Shown here: positions 23,651 to 33,142 of the stretch, piece by piece
Layout of the letters: each line of letters opens with the position of its first letter
Position numbering within the stretch: position 1 is the first letter of the stretch
Virus record (IMG/VR): IMGVR_UViG_3300032327_000321
Span: 1-33,545 of that record
DNA from: a virus
Lineage: Duplodnaviria > Caudoviricetes
Reading direction: 5' to 3' (one strand)
Length of the DNA: 33,545 nucleotides
Program-made: the position numbers and the translations under genes
Notes under the pieces: generated by a model
Told to the model about the DNA's origin: nothing
What the model saw: the letters and a program-made list of their open reading frames with translations, nothing else
Databases searched by the model: none

Positions 23651-25992
23651 TAGTATATTTTATTAATTACTTTTAAAAGTTCGATTGTGCAAGTATCTTC
23701 ACTACTTGCATTGAAGTCTATTATCTTATTCAACCTAAACAAGCTGCCATCAATCCAAATCAATTTGCTAAAATCAATATTAAAAATATCTTTATTAGAT
23801 AACTTCACTTTACAAGTCAATAGCTTACTATCCTTGTCGGTTATTTCTGCCATATAACTACTCCAATAAACATTGAATTGATTAACGTTAATTGCACCAC
23901 TAATCAACTCATAAAATAACTCTTGAGGCACTCCAAATTGAATGTCATTATTTGGTGCATCAGGGTCATCAAAGTGACCTGCATAAGGGTAGTTAGTACT
24001 ACTGTGCAAGTCGGCATTATTAGCAGCGTTACGAATCTTCCACGTTGCAACGCCACTAATTAGTTTAGCTTGTAATATTCTAATATTGCTATCTTGTTGT
24101 TCTTCACCTTGCCCTGTAGTAGTTCCGTTTCTTTTAAATATTGTACTTACAACTTTATCTTCGCCTGAATAACCTAATAAAGGAGTGCCTGAAAATATTA
24201 ATTCAATGTTGGTAGAGTCTTTACTAAATTCAAATCCGCTATCATATTTATAAGATCCGTAAGTTTGATTATATCGTTTCTTGTATAAATCGTTATAATA
24301 ATCTCCATCGTCTTTGAATTTAAAGTCATAATATCTAGCGTTTAATTCACTCATTGGTTTTATTCTCAATGGCTGCGAACGGTCTATTTTATTACTCCAA
24401 TCTAAAGCAGTTGCATTTACATAAAAATCAACAAAAGGTTTTATTTGTAAATTCTTTTCTTTGGTGTTATCTTCAAAAATGTAAAGGTTGAATAATTTAA
24501 TAACGCTACTTATAAAGTCTTTTTGTAGTATGTTTTGAGGAATGGTATCGTTGATTACAAGGTTTTGACCTATCGTAATCAAAGCGTAATTATTACCAGT
24601 ATTTCCGAAAGTTACTTGTAAATTATTTACAGTAAAAGTGCAAATGTCATTAATGCTTGGTGTGCCTACCCATTCAGCTTCAAAAGTTAATATATCGGTA
24701 TTGCTAAATGTTTTCGATAATAAATTAATTTCATTTGCTGCATTATTTACTTCACCTGCTGAAAGATATATATTATCAAATGTGTCTATTCTAGTTCCAT
24801 TCTTTTTTAGATTAATTTTAACATCTAAACTACCCAAGCTATTATCAAAATCAATATCAAATAATAACTTTATATCGCCAGTTGCAGCAGTTCCACTTAT
24901 ATAAGTAAATTTAGTATTAGGTCTTAAATAGTATCCAGTACCTGCAACAAAATTTCCAAGTGTAGGTTGTACATCAAATTTAAAACCATTAGGATAAACA
25001 AGATTATCTAATGTCATTATTGCACCAACTGTAGAAGAAATATCTAATTGTAACGAACTTTTTTTAGTTAATTCCTTTTTATTGTTAGGTATAATTAAAC
25101 CTTTAAATCTTCTTGAATTAAATAAATCACAATCATAAGTGTATCCAGTATGAGCAAAAATTTTGTCAATATATTCTTTGACAAATAAAGCTGGTCTAAA
25201 TGTCCCTACTTTATAATCTTTTTTATCTGTTGAGTAAGTACCGTAGTCAATTAAAGGGTAATAGTAACCAGTACCAGTTCTATAAGAAAATACAACAGTT
25301 CCGCTGGTGTTTTGACCTACTGCAAAAGTTGTAGTAATTACAATAGTTGTATCTGTTCCATCATCGGTAATTGTTTTAATGGTGTATGTACCATTGTTAG
25401 AAGTTCCAGTAATTGTAATTATATCCCCCACACCAACATTAGCCACAGTATAACCATAAATAATCAATGTACTTCCAATAAATGTAAGATCACCAACTCC
25501 AGCAGTATAACTTATTGTTGAACCAATAGTCCAACTGTTCGTTATATTAGCTATTGAATATGTATGATTATAAGCAGAAAAGTCTAACTCTTCCAATTTA
25601 GCTGCTCCCAATTTTGAAACAAAACCACCCAATTCGCCAAATATTACAGCTTCATATTCAATCATTCCATTATCTATTACAACTTCTAATATTCTAAATG
25701 TGCCTTTAAATACTTGAATATTATCTGCAAACATTATAGCATTAGCTGAAACACTTGCATTGAAATTAACACCAGTATTAGGCGATGAAGTTGTATAGTT
25801 ATTGCCTGCATTGATATCGAATAAATTACCAAACAAAACATTGTTTCGATTAGTCCCTGGTAATATAATCGTTTTGCTAAATGTTGTATTCTTAGCTGAA
25901 AAGTCTTTGATGTCATCAATTGCCATAGTTAGCATCACGCTAAATGACTTATCAACATCTACACTATATTTTTCTACAAATAACTCTATCAT
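23650..25992 (-). CDS. Tail tip/baseplate hub protein with inserted beta-rich domains
   Basis: FSKTIILPGT..N..LF N-terminus, YYYPLIDYG, and KLIWIDGSLFRLNKI C-terminus; adjacent to the tape measure gene. Confidence 0.65.
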   Translation of the reverse strand: MIELFVEKYSVDVDKSFSVMLTMAIDDIKDFSAKNTTFSKTIILPGTNRNNVLFGNLFDINAGNNYTTSSPNTGVNFNASVSANAIMFADNIQVFKGTFRILEVVIDNGMIEYEAVIFGELGGFVSKLGAAKLEELDFSAYNHTYSIANITNSWTIGSTISYTAGVGDLTFIGSTLIIYGYTVANVGVGDIITITGTSNNGTYTIKTITDDGTDTTIVITTTFAVGQNTSGTVVFSYRTGTGYYYPLIDYGTYSTDKKDYKVGTFRPALFVKEYIDKIFAHTGYTYDCDLFNSRRFKGLIIPNNKKELTKKSSLQLDISSTVGAIMTLDNLVYPNGFKFDVQPTLGNFVAGTGYYLRPNTKFTYISGTAATGDIKLLFDIDFDNSLGSLDVKINLKKNGTRIDTFDNIYLSAGEVNNAANEINLLSKTFSNTDILTFEAEWVGTPSINDICTFTVNNLQVTFGNTGNNYALITIGQNLVINDTIPQNILQKDFISSVIKLFNLYIFEDNTKEKNLQIKPFVDFYVNATALDWSNKIDRSQPLRIKPMSELNARYYDFKFKDDGDYYNDLYKKRYNQTYGSYKYDSGFEFSKDSTNIELIFSGTPLLGYSGEDKVVSTIFKRNGTTTGQGEEQQDSNIRILQAKLISGVATWKIRNAANNADLHSSTNYPYAGHFDDPDAPNNDIQFGVPQELFYELISGAINVNQFNVYWSSYMAEITDKDSKLLTCKVKLSNKDIFNIDFSKLIWIDGSLFRLNKIIDFNASSEDTCTIELLKVINKIY

Positions 25993-27065
25993 TATCTATA
26001 TTGTGTTTTGTACCCATTATTAAATTCAACATCTAAGGTTAGCTGCTGCAACCCATCTACTAAGGTTTGTTTAAATTCGTAGTTAGTAGCTGCTATTGCC
26101 ATAGGATAAAGTGTGCTAATTCCTAACTGTTGAATGTATGCCATAGGTGAGCAAACTAATTCACTTAACCAGTACCATTCATTAGTGCTTAGTAGGTCAG
26201 TTGATACTCTTAACTTTTCATTAAACTTAACGCCGAACATTGTCTTTTGTTCGTACATTATATTTGATGACTTTATGCTAACAACTCCACTACTACTAAC
26301 TCGATAAGGTAACTGCTGAAATGATTTGCGTTCAATGTCAAAAGTCTTTTTACTTACCTTGTTAAATAGTACCGACTCAAAGCCACCGAACTTATTTAAA
26401 AAGTGAATGATATAGTTGTCATATAAACCACTGCATGAAACTACTATGTTATAAGTAACACCATTGATGACAACTGTATAATCTGCTGTTAAGCTATTTG
26501 CAATATTGATATTTATTAAACTATTTGCTGCTGCTGGTGTTACCGATGTAGTAGTTCCATTTATAGTTACATTGAAACTTGAAGCACTTGCTGCAAAGTA
26601 TGGAACGTAGAAAGTAGCACAACCACTCGGCAAATAGATAGTTGTAGGTCTGTTGCTTAGCACTTTGTTAGTATAGCTGCTCAATCCTGTTAAAGTATCA
26701 ACACGACCATTATAAGTGTTAAAGAAATTCTTTGATGTAGATGTTGCAACTATAGCCCCAACTGTGCCATTGTATTCTTCTCTAATCTTTACTTGAACAT
26801 CAATCCACCATTTACCAGTTCCTAAATCAGTTGTTAGTGATGGCGTTATTGATTCTCTAATTATTGCAGCTGTGTCAAATATCCCTCTATTGTTTACTGG
26901 ATTTGGATAAGTTCTCATAGTGTGAACCTTTGCACCTGCACACCATATCTCAGCCACATACTTATAATCTAATTTAGTTGGATCTACTGCATTAGCATCG
27001 TAAACAACATAAACTAATATGTCATTTACTGATTGATAATTATCTGGAGTTGTTTCAAATGTCAT
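25992..27065 (-). CDS. Tail structural protein (distal-tail-like)
   Basis: FLNKFGGFES..F and WLSELVCSP motifs; lies in the tail cluster. Confidence 0.55.
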   Translation of the reverse strand: MTFETTPDNYQSVNDILVYVVYDANAVDPTKLDYKYVAEIWCAGAKVHTMRTYPNPVNNRGIFDTAAIIRESITPSLTTDLGTGKWWIDVQVKIREEYNGTVGAIVATSTSKNFFNTYNGRVDTLTGLSSYTNKVLSNRPTTIYLPSGCATFYVPYFAASASSFNVTINGTTTSVTPAAANSLININIANSLTADYTVVINGVTYNIVVSCSGLYDNYIIHFLNKFGGFESVLFNKVSKKTFDIERKSFQQLPYRVSSSGVVSIKSSNIMYEQKTMFGVKFNEKLRVSTDLLSTNEWYWLSELVCSPMAYIQQLGISTLYPMAIAATNYEFKQTLVDGLQQLTLDVEFNNGYKTQYR

Positions 27066-27646
27066 TATTTAAAATTATTTATTATGTCTATTTTAACGCT
27101 CATTCCTAATTCTTTCTCAACTATGCTGCTAAATTCAGTTGTAGCATCTCGCCAAAAGTGAGTAGCTTTAATTCCCATTCGTTTAATCATATAGGCAACA
27201 GTTGTTGCAGCTTGTATCTGCCTATCTTTAACTTTGCTCTTTTTGTTTAACACTGCATACTTAGATTGTGATATTTTATTTTCACGAACTAAATAATCTT
27301 TAACACTTTTAACCATTGCCCCTTTTGGATCAACTCCCCTGGTCTTAAATTTAAACCTACTCCCTCTACTATTTGCCCAACCATCTACACCCTCATCTAT
27401 GAATGATGCATACTTAGCAGCTACAATGTCAACATAAAATATATTCTCCTCAACCTGAATAGATAAAGGTTGAATACTATCTGCTAATTCACCGCTACTA
27501 CTTGCATCTACATCACCTAACTTTTTAGCTAAAGCAACAGAATACTGAGCAGCTAATTGAATAAGTTTATCTTGCGTGCCTACTGCAACAAATTCAGTCT
27601 TTGCAGTTCCACTATCTTCCAACCAGTCTAAGTTAATCGCTGCCAT
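27065..27646 (-). CDS. HK97 gp10-like neck/tail completion protein
   Basis: SSGELADSI...YASFIDEG...GIKATHFW pattern. Confidence 0.6.
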   Translation of the reverse strand: MAAINLDWLEDSGTAKTEFVAVGTQDKLIQLAAQYSVALAKKLGDVDASSSGELADSIQPLSIQVEENIFYVDIVAAKYASFIDEGVDGWANSRGSRFKFKTRGVDPKGAMVKSVKDYLVRENKISQSKYAVLNKKSKVKDRQIQAATTVAYMIKRMGIKATHFWRDATTEFSSIVEKELGMSVKIDIINNFK

Positions 27647-28320
27647 TACTTATTCATTTGTTTATCATAGTCTTGTTTACGCTTCAATGTGCTTAGTGTG
27701 TTCAGTGCTTCCATAATTCCCAACTCGTAAGCTTGATGAACATTTAAACCTAACCATTCGCCCACCTCTCTAGCTGCATAAGTCCAACCATCTATTTCAA
27801 TGAATGGGTGTTTGTTTAGTTTCTCCTGCTTGTCAAATTCCTGCAAATCTTCGGCATCATTCTCAGGTAGTTCAAACAACCCTTTAAACTTGCTTACTAA
27901 ACCATTTAAACTATCAATAGCTGCAAGGCAATCATTAACACAATAACTTGCATTATGATTTAGAAAGTAGTTTGCTTTAACATCATGTTCTTTTTTTGAC
28001 TTGCTTATTGTTGCAGCTACCAAATGCAAATTGTCAATAGGTGACTTCTTCAACCAATGCTGCATCTCGATAAACTGCCCAAATGTGAACTTAGTCGCAT
28101 CTGTTTGCAATTTGCGAAATGAGTACAATGGCTTTTTAAAACCTTTTGCAAATATTTTTTCTACCTTATCGCAATATTTAACAAACTGTTTTCTAGTCAA
28201 ATTGTCAACTTCATCAGGTGACTTGTTCCACAATTCACAAATAATCATTGCCATTCGTTCAATGTCATCTTTGATTATTTCGTTTATTGAATAGCAAACT
28301 TGATACTGCTTTAAAGTCAT
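27646..28320 (-). CDS. Hypothetical protein, possible tail assembly chaperone
   Basis: Repeated TLKQY/TFGQF motif; first gene after a late-promoter motif. Confidence 0.55.
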   Translation of the reverse strand: MTLKQYQVCYSINEIIKDDIERMAMIICELWNKSPDEVDNLTRKQFVKYCDKVEKIFAKGFKKPLYSFRKLQTDATKFTFGQFIEMQHWLKKSPIDNLHLVAATISKSKKEHDVKANYFLNHNASYCVNDCLAAIDSLNGLVSKFKGLFELPENDAEDLQEFDKQEKLNKHPFIEIDGWTYAAREVGEWLGLNVHQAYELGIMEALNTLSTLKRKQDYDKQMNK

Positions 28321-28324
28321 AAGT

Positions 28325-28356
28325 ATATAACTATTTTTTAGTGTGAATGTTTGATT
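28325..28356 (-). promoter_or_regulatory. Putative late promoter AATCAAACA-N13-ATAGTTATAT upstream of the tail genes
   Basis: Identical to the 20382-20413 motif; ATG only 4 nt downstream. Confidence 0.7.
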
Positions 28357-29524
28357 AACCGATAGTGTAAACTCCAGTAACCTTGTTTATTTTGTTTAGT
28401 GCTACATACCTAATAGCATCAATACTATGATTAAACTTATCAATAGGAGTGTTTAATTGTTTACCATCTTTGTTTTCATCCCATCTATAATTTCGCAATT
28501 CGCGAATTACATTAGTTGATTGTGATGTTACATTTAAAGTAAAGTTTTGTAGTAGGTTTATTGATGCTTTTATGCTATCCTGCCCTTTCTTAGCTGGCAT
28601 AGTAGATGAATATCCGCCAATTCTTAATTCAGCTATTGATTTAGGTTCGGCACTATCTGCGATTATTTGATATTCTTTTCTAATACCTAACTCATTAAAC
28701 CTTTGTACTAGTTGCTGATTAGTTAGTTGTGTTTGATAAATCAATTCATCTATGTAAAGTTCTTTATCGTATTTATAAACTGCTACCATTGCAGTTGGGT
28801 CATTTGTGAAACCGAAGTCAATGCCATAGGCTATAAGTTGAGCCTGTGTTGGTATGTCATCACATTGCACGAAATCGAAGATAGTACCTTGCAAACTTCC
28901 TATTTCTCCCAACCCATAAACTTTGTACCAATTCGCCCAAAAAGTAGAAGTTTCTGCCTTTCGTTTAGCGTTTATAATAAAGTCTTTTGCACTATCAGGG
29001 CAAGCTTCGTTATCTAAATAGTTAATAGTAAGAAAGTCAACATTGGTATCTTGTTGCAATTCAGTATGAAACCAAAATGAGTTTGTTGGATTCCAATCGA
29101 GAAATATTCCATCTTTCGTTCTCATTGCTAACTCATTGTAAGCATTAAAAACGATGTTGTTGCACTCGTTCATGTATAACCAGTCACGCCTTGCACCCCT
29201 TAGCTTTGCATCACTATCGGCACTAAAGAACTCTATTTGCGAACCATTAGCAAAAGTATATTTAAAGTCTGATGCGTTCCACCTGCCATCAACCCAACGC
29301 CCTGTGTCAACCATTATCTTTTTAAAGTCTTTAATACACCCACGTTTAAGATGTGGTATTGATTCGCTGACAACTGATATGTCTATTTGCTTATTCTTTG
29401 CAGCTATGTCTATAAGGATGGGGAGTATTGCATAAGTCTTTCCTGCACTGGTTCCACCTTGAACACCACGTACAAACTTATTAAGTTTGAGTATTTTGTT
29501 GATCGCAGTTGTTCGTATGAACAT
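28355..29524 (-). CDS. terL: Terminase large subunit (PBSX/SPP1-like)
   Basis: Walker A GGTSAGKT, Walker B LYMNE, DWNP, nuclease GIDFGFTNDP and NHSIDAIRY. Confidence 0.95.
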   Translation of the reverse strand: MFIRTTAINKILKLNKFVRGVQGGTSAGKTYAILPILIDIAAKNKQIDISVVSESIPHLKRGCIKDFKKIMVDTGRWVDGRWNASDFKYTFANGSQIEFFSADSDAKLRGARRDWLYMNECNNIVFNAYNELAMRTKDGIFLDWNPTNSFWFHTELQQDTNVDFLTINYLDNEACPDSAKDFIINAKRKAETSTFWANWYKVYGLGEIGSLQGTIFDFVQCDDIPTQAQLIAYGIDFGFTNDPTAMVAVYKYDKELYIDELIYQTQLTNQQLVQRFNELGIRKEYQIIADSAEPKSIAELRIGGYSSTMPAKKGQDSIKASINLLQNFTLNVTSQSTNVIRELRNYRWDENKDGKQLNTPIDKFNHSIDAIRYVALNKINKVTGVYTIG

Positions 29525-29653
29525 TTAGAAATTATATTTTTGGTTTTCTGTTATTTGCCATAAATCAACATCAATACATTGATAATAAAGATAACCTATT
29601 TTAGCGATGTCACCTAGTTTTGAATATGGAATATGTTTTTTTATTTTATTCAT
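29525..29653 (-). CDS. 42-aa hypothetical protein between terS and terL
   Basis: MNKIKKHIPYSKLGDIAKIGYLYYQCIDVDLWQITENQKYNF*; its stop abuts the terL ATG. Confidence 0.5.
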   Translation of the reverse strand: MNKIKKHIPYSKLGDIAKIGYLYYQCIDVDLWQITENQKYNF

Positions 29654-30044
29654 TTGGGAATAATGGCTGCTCTATTACTTCTGTTTGAGTTTTCTCAACA
29701 AGGTTATTAAGTCTTTGAGTAATAGATGGATTATAAATGTTTGTCATTCCGCCTACTATCTGATCTTCTCTAATTTCATCCTTGATCATACGGCAGATAC
29801 TAACATATTCACTATATCTATTATCAGGATTTATAAAATATTGTTCAACTTCACAAATCATTCTCCTGCAATAATTTTTAAAACCTTCAAACGTTAAAGG
29901 TTTCTCTCGAGCTTCAAAATCAGATTTTCCATCTTTACCTACAAATACGTGTTTGCGTACTGGATTTATTTTAGTCACTCTTTTATATTCATCAAATAAA
30001 TATAAAAGCTTATCAGGAGTTTCTATAAGTTTAGGCTTTGGCAT
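29646..30044 (-). CDS. terS: Terminase small subunit (P22 gp3/Sf6-like)
   Basis: IETPDKL..F.EY, KPLTFEGF and GGM..IYNPSITQRLN; upstream of terL; ATG 30044. Confidence 0.8.
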   Translation of the reverse strand: MPKPKLIETPDKLLYLFDEYKRVTKINPVRKHVFVGKDGKSDFEAREKPLTFEGFKNYCRRMICEVEQYFINPDNRYSEYVSICRMIKDEIREDQIVGGMTNIYNPSITQRLNNLVEKTQTEVIEQPLFPNE

Positions 30045-30282
30045 TGTTAGTTTGATTATCGTAAACAAATTTAACTAGGTCACGAATGCAAGACTGACAT
30101 CCGTAAATAGTGAAATATCTATCAGCATCTATTGTTTTCGCTATTTTTTGAAATGTCTTTAAATCTTCATCACCAGGGTAGATGTCAATGTCTAAATCAA
30201 TTCTTTCAGCTAGAAACTTATTTGCTTCTAAAAATTCGCTGTAATCAAATTTTTGTGGTTGTGGTGTATTTTTCTTTTCCAT
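30031..30282 (-). CDS. Hypothetical protein with CxxC motif
   Basis: GCQSCIRDLV; overlaps both neighbours. Confidence 0.65.
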   Translation of the reverse strand: MEKKNTPQPQKFDYSEFLEANKFLAERIDLDIDIYPGDEDLKTFQKIAKTIDADRYFTIYGCQSCIRDLVKFVYDNQTNNAKA

Positions 30283-30715
30283 TTATTATTTTTTTAGAAA
30301 TATTATTCAAAATTGAGTTTATAGTATTATGTGAAATGTTAGTTAGTTGTTCAATTCCTCGGAGTGTATGTTGCTCTCGAAGTTTAAGAAGTTCTGATTC
30401 GTACCATTCCAATGAATCAAAGTTAATATTTATTTCTTCATATTCTTCGTTTTTAAGCTCTATATTTTCAATCCCTACACTTTCCTTGTTTTTCTTTATA
30501 AAGTCCTTAAATTCGTTTATAATGACTCTATATGCGTATGCGTTCAACTTTCCACTATTATATAATTCCAAAAGTAGCGAATAATTTACTTGTATCAACT
30601 TTAAAAAAGCGTTTTGTTTGATGTCTTCTTTACAGTATGACGGCAAAGTGTTGATGACTTTGTCAATATCGTTGCAAATATACAACTCTGTAATTATATC
30701 ATTAATGCTTTTCAC
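30245..30715 (-). CDS. ECF-type sigma factor-like late transcription regulator
   Basis: Region-2-like EDIKQNAFLKL..AYAYRVIIN and region-4 HTH TLRGIEQLTNISHNTINSIL; GTG start; lies between replication and packaging genes. Confidence 0.65.
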   Translation of the reverse strand: MKSINDIITELYICNDIDKVINTLPSYCKEDIKQNAFLKLIQVNYSLLLELYNSGKLNAYAYRVIINEFKDFIKKNKESVGIENIELKNEEYEEININFDSLEWYESELLKLREQHTLRGIEQLTNISHNTINSILNNISKKIINGKEKYTTTTKI

Positions 30716-30769
30716 TTTGTAAAAATAAAGATGTTTTTATTAAACCACCAAAAAAAAGCGAAAGCACCC

Positions 30770-30802
<33 letters not shown>

Positions 30803-30806
30803 GCAT

Positions 30807-30853
30807 TAGCCCCGCTATTAGGGTACTTATAGCCCCCCTATATAGCCCCTATA
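30807..30853. other. Iteron-like repeats (TAGCCCC x3), candidate replication origin
   Basis: TAGCCCC at 30807, 30830 and 30843 forms a GC island between the (CTTT)8 tract and an AT-rich tract. Confidence 0.55.
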
Positions 30854-30857
30854 AAAT

Positions 30858-30893
30858 AAAAAAAAGTCAATAAATTAATAACTTATTGACTTT
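30858..30893 (-). terminator. Inverted repeat and probable terminator after the primase-helicase
   Basis: AAAGTCAATAA-N9-TTATTGACTTT followed by a T-run on the minus strand; the stem is AT-rich. Confidence 0.5.
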
Positions 30894-30920
30894 CATAATA
30901 TTATATGTATTTACTTATAA

Positions 30921-32681
30921 TTAAATAATAGGTAAATATTGCCGAGTGTCAGCATTAAATGTATAAGAACAGAAATCAACCTTACCCAACCAGCTAAACC
31001 TTACTTTTTGAACATAAATATCAACTATGCCTGTGTCAAAGTTCCTGTAAACACATATACCATTATCTGTTTTATTAAACCAATGAGCAGAGCCTGATAT
31101 GCTGTAAAGGTTTGGAATTTCAAATTTACCCTTTTCATCCTTTCTCATTTTAGTAGGATGTGCAACTACGAAAATATGTATTTGATGCTGGAGTGCGAAC
31201 GTCTTAATCTTCGTCAAGCTTTCACTTATGTATTGTGTTTCGGTATATCCTGGTGGTATTTTATGCTCGATATAGTTCCAAGGATCAATGAGCAATCCGT
31301 TAATTCCTTTTCTTTTAATAAGTTCAAGTGCCTTTTCAAGTATGCCATCAAGTGTTACATCAAGTGCATTTATATTCATAAAATAAAAGAAGTCATTGAT
31401 AACTTGCTTTGATTGTTCAAACTCCCATTGGCTTATTCTATTGTCTAAATTTTGTCTAAATGCAAAAGATTTGCCTACTATTTTCTCCATTAGTTTAGTA
31501 ACATGAAAAGTTGCTGGTGAATTTTCAAAAGAACAGATTGCCCATTTCCATCCGCTTGATATTACAGACTTAGCCATTATGTTATCAACCCATTCTGATT
31601 TACCCCCATTAGGTATGCCAGTAACTGTTGTAAATTGCCCACCTGTAAACTGTAGTAGATCATCAAATGAACCTAAACCAAATCTTTCGCCTTTTGGGTA
31701 ACCATTTAAATAATAATCATTCAAATCGTGTTCCATATCTTCCATTGTGTGAACTCCATCAATAGGGAACTCTTTAGCATTATTAGTAAGTGACTTTAAA
31801 TGCTCTTTGCCATATTTGCAAAGTATTTCGTTTGCATCTTTGCAATCTTCAGGGAACTCTAATTTATAGCATCGTTCTTTGCCAAATCTTCTAATCAATT
31901 CATCACTTAGTCTTTTTCCTGCTGGATCGTTATCGGTTGCAATTATTATTTTTGTTTTGTTTGCAAAATAATCAAAGCAATTATCTAAGTATTTAAGATT
32001 TACTTTTCCATTAACATTTGCCCCATTGGGAACGCTAACACAATTATATACTCCAGCTTCATACATTGATAAGCAATCTATTTCACCCTCAACAATTACA
32101 CATTGTTTGTCATCTTTTATGGCATCTAAATTATAGAATATAAGTTCAGCATCCTTTGCTAGCTTCATGTCTTTATTTGCACCACGAAATTTGATATTAA
32201 CAAGGTCCTGGTCTTTGTAATAATTAAAACAAATTACCGGAATATCTGTTTTAGCTTTTGGCATCCATTCAATGCTTTCTGTTATTCCAAATCTTAACAA
32301 AGTGTTATTTGAAATTTTGCGATTGATTTCAAAGTGCTGCAAAAACTTATCATTCAATTTAGTTAATCGTTCAACTGGTTTAATGTAGTTAGTTGTATCT
32401 TCTTTAAGTTCAAAGTTTATCGATGCTGCTACTTTTTTAACTGCTTCAAAAAAAGTGGTGTTATCAGTTTCCATAACAAAAGAAAAAACATCGCCACTTT
32501 TACCACAACCAAAACACTTATACATATCGCCTTTAACTTTGAATGATGGCGATTTTTCATTATGAAATGGGCAAAGTCCTGAATGATTAGCACCGTCTTT
32601 TTTTAGTTTAATTTTACTAGTAACGATGTCAAGTAATGATGCAGCTTGTTTAAGTTCCTGTATTGATTCAAAATTTATCAT
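30921..32681 (-). CDS. Bifunctional primase-helicase (CHC2 zinc finger, TOPRIM, SF4 helicase; Twinkle/T7 gp4-like)
   Basis: CPFH..EKSPSF..CFGC, VEGEID, DND.AG, Walker A GIPNGGKS, LIDPWN and VAHP. Confidence 0.93.
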   Translation of the reverse strand: MINFESIQELKQAASLLDIVTSKIKLKKDGANHSGLCPFHNEKSPSFKVKGDMYKCFGCGKSGDVFSFVMETDNTTFFEAVKKVAASINFELKEDTTNYIKPVERLTKLNDKFLQHFEINRKISNNTLLRFGITESIEWMPKAKTDIPVICFNYYKDQDLVNIKFRGANKDMKLAKDAELIFYNLDAIKDDKQCVIVEGEIDCLSMYEAGVYNCVSVPNGANVNGKVNLKYLDNCFDYFANKTKIIIATDNDPAGKRLSDELIRRFGKERCYKLEFPEDCKDANEILCKYGKEHLKSLTNNAKEFPIDGVHTMEDMEHDLNDYYLNGYPKGERFGLGSFDDLLQFTGGQFTTVTGIPNGGKSEWVDNIMAKSVISSGWKWAICSFENSPATFHVTKLMEKIVGKSFAFRQNLDNRISQWEFEQSKQVINDFFYFMNINALDVTLDGILEKALELIKRKGINGLLIDPWNYIEHKIPPGYTETQYISESLTKIKTFALQHQIHIFVVAHPTKMRKDEKGKFEIPNLYSISGSAHWFNKTDNGICVYRNFDTGIVDIYVQKVRFSWLGKVDFCSYTFNADTRQYLPII

Positions 32682-33049
32682 AGCACCATATTTTTTGAGT
32701 TATCAATATTTTTTGCCCATCGTTTTGCAGCACCCTCTTTGCCTTTATTTTGTAACGTTTGCCTAAGTTCAATAGTTTGCAAAAGTCTTTGTGAAAAAAA
32801 TTTATTCTCTTCCATAGTAAATAATTCAAAAGATTGAATAACTGCTTTTACTTTAGTTTCTGTAGACTGCATTTGCATAGCTAATACTGGTATTATCTTC
32901 ATAGGCAACCTTCCACCAGCAACAGCCAAACGTTCAACTATAAACCAATAAATGCCATAACCTTCCATTCCTAACTCTTGCCTTAAGTATAATATTTTGA
33001 CATCTTCGGAAGCTGTATAATCGTGCGAAAAATAATATGATTTGTTCAT
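32678..33049 (-). CDS. Replication initiator N-terminal domain protein (DUF4373/Lin1244-like), 123 aa
   Basis: YFSHD...GMEGYGIYW..E.L...F.LF...FFSQRL...GKEGAAKRW; ATG 33049; coupled to the primase-helicase gene. Confidence 0.75.
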   Translation of the reverse strand: MNKSYYFSHDYTASEDVKILYLRQELGMEGYGIYWFIVERLAVAGGRLPMKIIPVLAMQMQSTETKVKAVIQSFELFTMEENKFFSQRLLQTIELRQTLQNKGKEGAAKRWAKNIDNSKNMVL

Positions 33050-33055
33050 AAAAAT

Positions 33056-33140
33056 AAAAAGCCCTCGCAGCAAATCTAAGGTAGCAGCTTAGATGGCCTT
33101 GAGGGCAATAAGTTAATTACAAACCTGCTACGTTTGTTTG
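33056..33140 (-). promoter_or_regulatory. Structured 5' leader: two hairpins with complementary loops, the second followed by U5 (attenuator-like)
   Basis: ACAAAC-GUAGCAG-GUUUGU and GCCCUC..AUCUAAG-CUGCUAC-CUUAGAU..GAGGGC-UUUUU. Confidence 0.65.
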
Positions 33141-33142
33141 TT

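Noticed and set aside
6094-25919. Nested alternative ORFs 6094-6300, 19344-19577, 20452-20643 and 25734-25919
   Set aside because: Each lies fully inside a better-supported gene and has no recognisable features.
28497-28508. Perfect palindrome AATTCGCGAATT in terL
   Set aside because: A single 12-bp palindrome inside coding sequence is expected by chance.
33050-33073. TTG-extended start of the initiator; similar extensions at 5905, 9799, 11839, 18171 and 30068
   Set aside because: The extensions run into promoters, hairpins or upstream genes. Downstream ATGs with A-rich context fit better.
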